Source: a bacterium | GTDB lineage: Bacteria; SZUA-182; DTGQ01 | Direction: 5' to 3' | Assembly: GCA_040752695.1 (NCBI GenBank) | Contig: JBFMGO010000076.1 | Coordinates: forward strand, 1 to 30,795 | Length of the DNA: 30,795 nucleotides | In this document: one piece after another, positions 25,724 through 30,795 of the stretch | Layout: every line of letters starts with the position of its first letter | Position numbering within the stretch: position 1 is the stretch's first letter | The notes under the pieces: model-generated | What the model was told of the DNA's origin: nothing | Databases searched by the model: none | What the model saw: the letters and a program-made list of their open reading frames with translations, nothing else | Translations under genes and position numbers: made by a program

Positions 25724-27904
25724 ATGAATATAGCCAACAGCTACTCTGATTGGGGACTTACTCAGGACAGTCTTCTTTCTCCTCCGATGGGTCCAGGAAG
25801 TGTAGAAGTGAAAATGGTACATAGTATTTCCGAAAACGAGCTCATCAAAAGAATCAGGGATGACATCCCTACCTTACCTACAGTCGTTGCGCGTATTTTG
25901 AACATCGTCCTTGATGACAAAAGTTCCATAAGTGATCTTTCAGAAGCTGTCCGTGTAGATCAGTCCCTCTCTTTAAGAGTACTGCAGATGGCCAATTCCG
26001 CAGCATATGGCTTGAGGGAAAAAGTCAGCACACTGGAACACGCCATGGTCATTCTGGGCTTGGATACGCTCAAGAAACTGCTTCTATGCCTCTCGGTATT
26101 CGGTAACCTGTCGAAGGAAAAACAAGAAGGGTATCTATTCCCTAAATCCCGATTCTGGTGTCACTCTCTGGCTGTGGCTATCGTAGCCAGGAGCCTGGCC
26201 GAGCTCATTCACTATCCTTATCCCAGTGAGGCTTATGTTGCCGGCCTTTTGCATGATGTAGGAAAGATCCTTATCGAGCAGATCATGCCTGAAGAATACT
26301 TCGACTATATGAAAAATCTTAATTCAACTCCGGACATGTCTGTGCGCTTCGAAGAAGAAAACCTTTCCCTGAATCATGCCACGGTCGGCAGGCTGGCTTT
26401 CGAGAAGTGGAACCTCCCGCTCACCTTGCGGAAGGCTGTTGAGCTGCATCACGGCTCGAAAGACGAGCAGGAAGAGATACATGAGCTTGCAGCCATTGTT
26501 TCTGTAGCCGACTTTATTTGCTGGACTCAGGGTCTCGGCTCATTCAGTTTTTGCTTTTATCCTACGCTCAATGTGCAGGCAGAGAGGATTGTCAATCTAA
26601 AAAACCTGAAGATAGACCCTGTCTTAAAAGAAATTAACAGGGAACTGGTTCTCAATGCAAGGATCTTTAACCTGCAGGCAAGCGACTTGAAAGGATTCAG
26701 AGAGACTCTCCAAAAAACAAATTTCGAGCTGGGAAAAATCAACGCTCTCTATAGTGATACCAAGAGAAAGCTGGAAAGACATATTCAAGAGCTCAACGAT
26801 ACGAAAAAAAATCTGGAAAACCATGTCCACGATCTGAATACTCTCAATGAGATTATCTGCAAAACCCGCGAAACAATGGATCCGTCCCAAATTATTCAAA
26901 ATGTCCTGCAGGGACTCGGTGAGGATTTTGGCTTTCCCAGGCTTATCTGGTTTTCCATAGACGCACAGAAAAAAAAGGTCATTCCCAAGGCAACCTACGG
27001 TGATTTTCACAGCAATCCGATCCTCAATGAGGAATGCATGTGGGATGAGCATAATCCTTTATTACCTGCCTGCATTCAAGACAAAAGGATCCTTCATATT
27101 AATTATGGCCAGATCAAACATGGCCGAATCAAACATGATCGGACAAAACACAATCTGACCAGCCGCCATGGACAGGAGGAGACACCGTGCAGTTCCTGCC
27201 TTCTGCAAGGCCTGCATGGTAATGAATTGATTCTTATCCCTGTCAGCACTGACCGGGAAATCACCCATCTGATTCTTATCGATAATCAGGAAGGAACCGT
27301 TGCGATCTCCTCCGATACGATTAAGGTGTTCGATATCCTGGCCGTCAACCTCGGAATGGCTTTAGAAAATGCAAAACTGTTTCAGTATGTTAGTCAAATG
27401 GCAGTTATTGACTTTCTCACCAATGTCTATAACCGCCGTCAACTGGACACATCATTGAACAACGAAATTAGCAGATCAGCGCGCTTTCAGCAGTCATTTT
27501 CGATTGTCCTTTTTGATATCGATTATTTTAAGATAGTCAATGATACCTATGGCCATCAGGTGGGAGATTTGATCCTGAAGGATGTGGCCGCAATCATAAA
27601 GAACAATTCCCGAAGCATCGATATTGTCGGCAGGTTTGGGGGGGACGAGTTTCTGGTCATTTTACCCAATACTCAGATTGAGAGCGCCCTTACCTTCGCA
27701 GAGAGAGTTCGGCTCATTGCGGAGGAATACGGCTTGTATAGTAAGAAACTATTCCCAAAATGCCAGATCACTCTCAGCATCGGATTGGCCGAGTTTGATA
27801 ATTCCCTGCATACCTCTGAAGAGCTTTTACAAAAAGCTGATAAAGCCCTCTATCTTTCCAAGCAAAAGGGAAGGAATAGAGTCACTGCGCCTTTTGAGGA
27901 CTAA
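25724..27904 (+). CDS. HDOD-GAF-GGDEF diguanylate cyclase
   Basis: HDOD (IPTLP, VLQMANSA, FW.HSLAVA, AGLLHDVGK, WNLP), coiled coil, GAF-like region, D.LT.VYNRR, DIDYFK.VND.YGH..GD, RSID I-site and GRFGGDEF. True start may be 25813. Confidence 0.93.
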   Translation: MNIANSYSDWGLTQDSLLSPPMGPGSVEVKMVHSISENELIKRIRDDIPTLPTVVARILNIVLDDKSSISDLSEAVRVDQSLSLRVLQMANSAAYGLREKVSTLEHAMVILGLDTLKKLLLCLSVFGNLSKEKQEGYLFPKSRFWCHSLAVAIVARSLAELIHYPYPSEAYVAGLLHDVGKILIEQIMPEEYFDYMKNLNSTPDMSVRFEEENLSLNHATVGRLAFEKWNLPLTLRKAVELHHGSKDEQEEIHELAAIVSVADFICWTQGLGSFSFCFYPTLNVQAERIVNLKNLKIDPVLKEINRELVLNARIFNLQASDLKGFRETLQKTNFELGKINALYSDTKRKLERHIQELNDTKKNLENHVHDLNTLNEIICKTRETMDPSQIIQNVLQGLGEDFGFPRLIWFSIDAQKKKVIPKATYGDFHSNPILNEECMWDEHNPLLPACIQDKRILHINYGQIKHGRIKHDRTKHNLTSRHGQEETPCSSCLLQGLHGNELILIPVSTDREITHLILIDNQEGTVAISSDTIKVFDILAVNLGMALENAKLFQYVSQMAVIDFLTNVYNRRQLDTSLNNEISRSARFQQSFSIVLFDIDYFKIVNDTYGHQVGDLILKDVAAIIKNNSRSIDIVGRFGGDEFLVILPNTQIESALTFAERVRLIAEEYGLYSKKLFPKCQITLSIGLAEFDNSLHTSEELLQKADKALYLSKQKGRNRVTAPFED

Positions 27905-28106
27905 AAAAGCAAAACGCTCTCAGGGCATAGGAAACATGGGTCCGCATTGGTCATGGGCTCATACGGGGGCAAAACAGAGCCTCGGATAATACATGAGGAC
28001 GCCTGGGATCACGGCTCATATGGGGGGTAAACGGGGTCACATAAACCAGTTGGCATTACCGACATGACATGTAAATATGTGACCCCACGGTACATCTCCC
28101 AAAAGT

Positions 28107-29738
28107 TTAGGGGATCGCTCCACCCACGCCGGAAATCCCACCACCACCCCCGCCGCCGGTATATCCGCCGCCGGTAATCCCTCCTCCTCCTCCGCCACCA
28201 CCGCCGCCCTTAACGGTCGTTGCGACTGGAACGACTGATGTAACCAAAGACGGGATAGGGGAGGTTGGCGCAAGCGCAGTACTCGCCGGATACGTAACCG
28301 GAGGTTCCAGTATGATAGAAGCAGTCGAAACAGGTACTGCACCATCAAACAACAGGTTAAAGAGCTTGTTGTAAAAAGTGTCTCCAGTACTGACACCTGA
28401 AAGGGGATTCGGAAGTCCACTAAGCCCCAGGAGGCCACCGCCTAAAAGACCGCCACCCAAAAGGCTTCCACCCAAAAGGCTTCCACCCAAGAGGCCGCCA
28501 CCCAAGAGGCCACCGCCAAGACCATAAAGACCGAGTCCTCCTCCCAGGCCGTAGAGTCCCCCGCCAAATAAACCTACCCCGCCCAAACCTCCCAGGGGTG
28601 ACCCAAAGGCACCCATAGCCAACAGGGGCGATCCTCCCAGCCCATACCCCGTTCCGAATGGTCCGCCGATTCCCAGGCCCAAAGGGCTAAAGAGGCCCAG
28701 GGGAGAAAAAGGCAGCAAGGGAGGAGGATAGAACGACGTTGCGATCCGGTAATCCACAGGCGTATACTCTTCCACTGTCTTTGCCTTCTCCAGATACAAG
28801 CCTGAGTTCGTCATTACTGAATACTCCCCTGAGTTGGCGGTCCTGAAATACCATTCCCCAGAGCCGGTACCAGAGCCAGTAACAGAACCAGTACCAGTTC
28901 CGGAAGTTGATGACGAGGATGTGATGGGAGCGGAAGACGGTTGCCATGAGGCTGAACCCTCTGCCCGGAGATAGGAAAAGGAGCCTCCTTGAGCATCCTG
29001 CTCTTGTAAAACCTGAAAACATTTTGGACTGTTATTTGAGCTCCAGCCAAGGTCAAAAACGGTTTTTCCATTCTGGAAAGGAAAAGCGATCACCAGCCCC
29101 TCATAACCTGAAGATATCGCAGAAGAGGCTGAAGTCGAGGCGGAAGAGGATGCCGAGGGGGGAGAGGATGATGAGGAGGACGAGGAGGATGATGAGGATG
29201 TTAAAGAAGATGAAGAAAACCGGACCTTTTGTAAATCAAAGCGGTTTCCCCGCAAGCTCACCCGCTTGACTGAGGAAAAGGCGTGCTGTGCCCATTGAAG
29301 ATCATCGGCTATATTTGCCTGAAGCGATACCCAGCCGGAAGAGCTGGCGTTTCCGATCGGCACCTTGATTACTTCTTCGTTTGTCAGGGTACGGGTTCCC
29401 TCTCCGGTGCAATAGTCGATCCATACCGTCGGGTGAAGGCTGCTCTGAGTTTCCACTGCAACTGATATGGCAAATTCCTCTCCATTTCGGATGACCACTT
29501 CCAGGAGGGGCAGGTTTTGTAACTGCTCATAATAAGGAGACAAGTCCTTGGTCAGGTAAACAGGGTCCTTTTGTCCTGCCCGGGAGGGTCTGACTGGCAG
29601 GAAAACCATGGGGGCAACCAGAAGAAATAACAGGAGAGGACTTGAAATTTTGAATTGAAGAAAAAAGATTTTGGCGGCAATAGCCTTTGAAGTTTTAAGT
29701 CTTTGATTTTTATTCATTATTGTCCTCGTTAAGTTCAT
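28107..29738 (-). CDS. Exported Ser/Gly-rich low-complexity protein
   Basis: Hydrophobic N-terminal segment ending PSRA, a globular domain, poly-Ser, SGTG linker, (GGLLG/GGLYG)n tract and poly-Gly tail. Confidence 0.75.
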   Translation of the reverse strand: MNLTRTIMNKNQRLKTSKAIAAKIFFLQFKISSPLLLFLLVAPMVFLPVRPSRAGQKDPVYLTKDLSPYYEQLQNLPLLEVVIRNGEEFAISVAVETQSSLHPTVWIDYCTGEGTRTLTNEEVIKVPIGNASSSGWVSLQANIADDLQWAQHAFSSVKRVSLRGNRFDLQKVRFSSSSLTSSSSSSSSSSSSPPSASSSASTSASSAISSGYEGLVIAFPFQNGKTVFDLGWSSNNSPKCFQVLQEQDAQGGSFSYLRAEGSASWQPSSAPITSSSSTSGTGTGSVTGSGTGSGEWYFRTANSGEYSVMTNSGLYLEKAKTVEEYTPVDYRIATSFYPPPLLPFSPLGLFSPLGLGIGGPFGTGYGLGGSPLLAMGAFGSPLGGLGGVGLFGGGLYGLGGGLGLYGLGGGLLGGGLLGGSLLGGSLLGGGLLGGGLLGLSGLPNPLSGVSTGDTFYNKLFNLLFDGAVPVSTASIILEPPVTYPASTALAPTSPIPSLVTSVVPVATTVKGGGGGGGGGGITGGGYTGGGGGGGISGVGGAIP

Positions 29739-29848
29739 GCATTACTGTTTAAACTATTTTGGGGGTATCTGGTGGATAAAAGATTAATCGGTCAAAAGGG
29801 AGGCTGTTTTTATATCTATTGAGCTCATATTCAGCTAATACTTGATAC

Positions 29849-29908
29849 CTATCCGAAAAGTTAGAAAGGCTTCACTACTGATGCGGCTTATCAGGACTTT
29901 TCAGATAG
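29849..29908. mobile_element. MITE-like family B copy
   Basis: CTATCCGAAAAG...CTTTTCAGATAG termini, an inverted homologue of 2613-2672. Confidence 0.65.
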
Positions 29909-30490
29909 TAATTCTTAGCAGAAACTTGGCTTATATTTATTATATAACTGATATCTACGGTTATCCTGTAGCCTCATAGACCATTATAAGTAAATGAAAA
30001 ATCGTACATTTAAAAGTAAGTGAAAAACCATACGTTCTTTTGCTCCCGGAACGTAAATTGATAATATAAATAGCTGGGGATAATAATTATTTCCTTTTGG
30101 AAAGGGGGATAAAGAAAATCAGTATCCAAAGTTCAGAAGGGAACGATCACCATAATTTTTTCACCTTTGGGGAGCAGCAAGATACACCTCTTGTCAGGTA
30201 AATTCAGGTGAGCTCATGGTGAAAAAATTATGCGTCTTTTTATGAAATTTCGCAGGTCAATTGACGTAGTACGGTGCAGTTTAACCGATGCATTTTATAT
30301 ATTATATTTTTACTTGCCTCACCTTGTCAAGAGATTTCCTCAAATATGGAGCCACCTACGGGCAGTACGAGAAAGGGTAAACTTCTCATCTCCAGGGGAT
30401 TCCCATTCCTCTTTTCTAAAAAAATTATAGAAACGGCAACCGAAATGCTATTTCCTTTTATCTTATTGCTACTTAAGAAGGTAAGTCCAT

Positions 30491-30550
30491 GACTTATGTA
30501 CAACTTTTCCACAACATTTGTGGAAAAGACAGTAAAGTCGTTGTTTTTAG
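30491..30550. promoter_or_regulatory. DnaA-box cluster, copy 2, with IHF-like site
   Basis: TTATGTACA, TTTTCCACA (30505-30513), TGTGGAAAA (30519-30527), then AAAGTCGTTGTTT. Confidence 0.55.
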
Positions 30551-30688
30551 GTAATGCCTTGAGAGAGCCCTTAAGCCCTGCTGTGGTCAGACGTCAAAGG
30601 ACAGCAGTCAAGAGTCGGCGGTCAGAGAACAGTAACTGGTTTCTTCTTTTCTATACATTATTTAATTCTATTTATTTTATTAATATAC

Positions 30689-30718
30689 TTGACATCTGAT
30701 AATAACTTATTCTATCAT
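30689..30718 (+). promoter_or_regulatory. sigma70-type promoter for a gene beyond the window
   Basis: TTGACA-18 bp-TATCAT. Confidence 0.45.
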
Positions 30719-30795
30719 TTTTATATACTACATAACTGGATAGGAAAATGATTTGATAAGTGATCTCCTGTACTTTTAAGAAAAGACGCCGGATG

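Overview
Bacterial chromosomal window with no phage, CRISPR, tRNA/rRNA or intact transposase that I can recognise. Genes: cyanase (cynS), a small HD-domain (SAH/Mesh1-like) hydrolase, a family-4 UDG-like gene overlapping priA, a patatin-like phospholipase, an exported MEMO1/AmmeMemoRadiSam-B homologue, several secreted proteins (beta-propeller, Ig/cadherin-like, Ser/Gly-rich), a trkA-trkA-(small membrane ORF)-trkH-accessory potassium uptake operon, an RNase HI-like protein, a Uma2 endonuclease, an orphan HAMP-HisKA kinase followed by two small exported proteins, and an HDOD-GAF-GGDEF cyclase. Four things stand out. (i) Short degenerate tandem duplications are pervasive: in frame inside conserved genes (priA, udg and others) and repeatedly across gene 3' ends. 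(ii) At least four families of small non-autonomous palindromic/MITE-like repeats occur, two of them as inverted pairs bracketing the trkA genes and a divergent promoter region. (iii) A 60-bp DnaA-box/IHF-like module appears twice, 30 kb apart. (iv) Three enzyme homologues appear to have lost catalytic residues. All family calls come from reading motifs by eye; no database searches were run.
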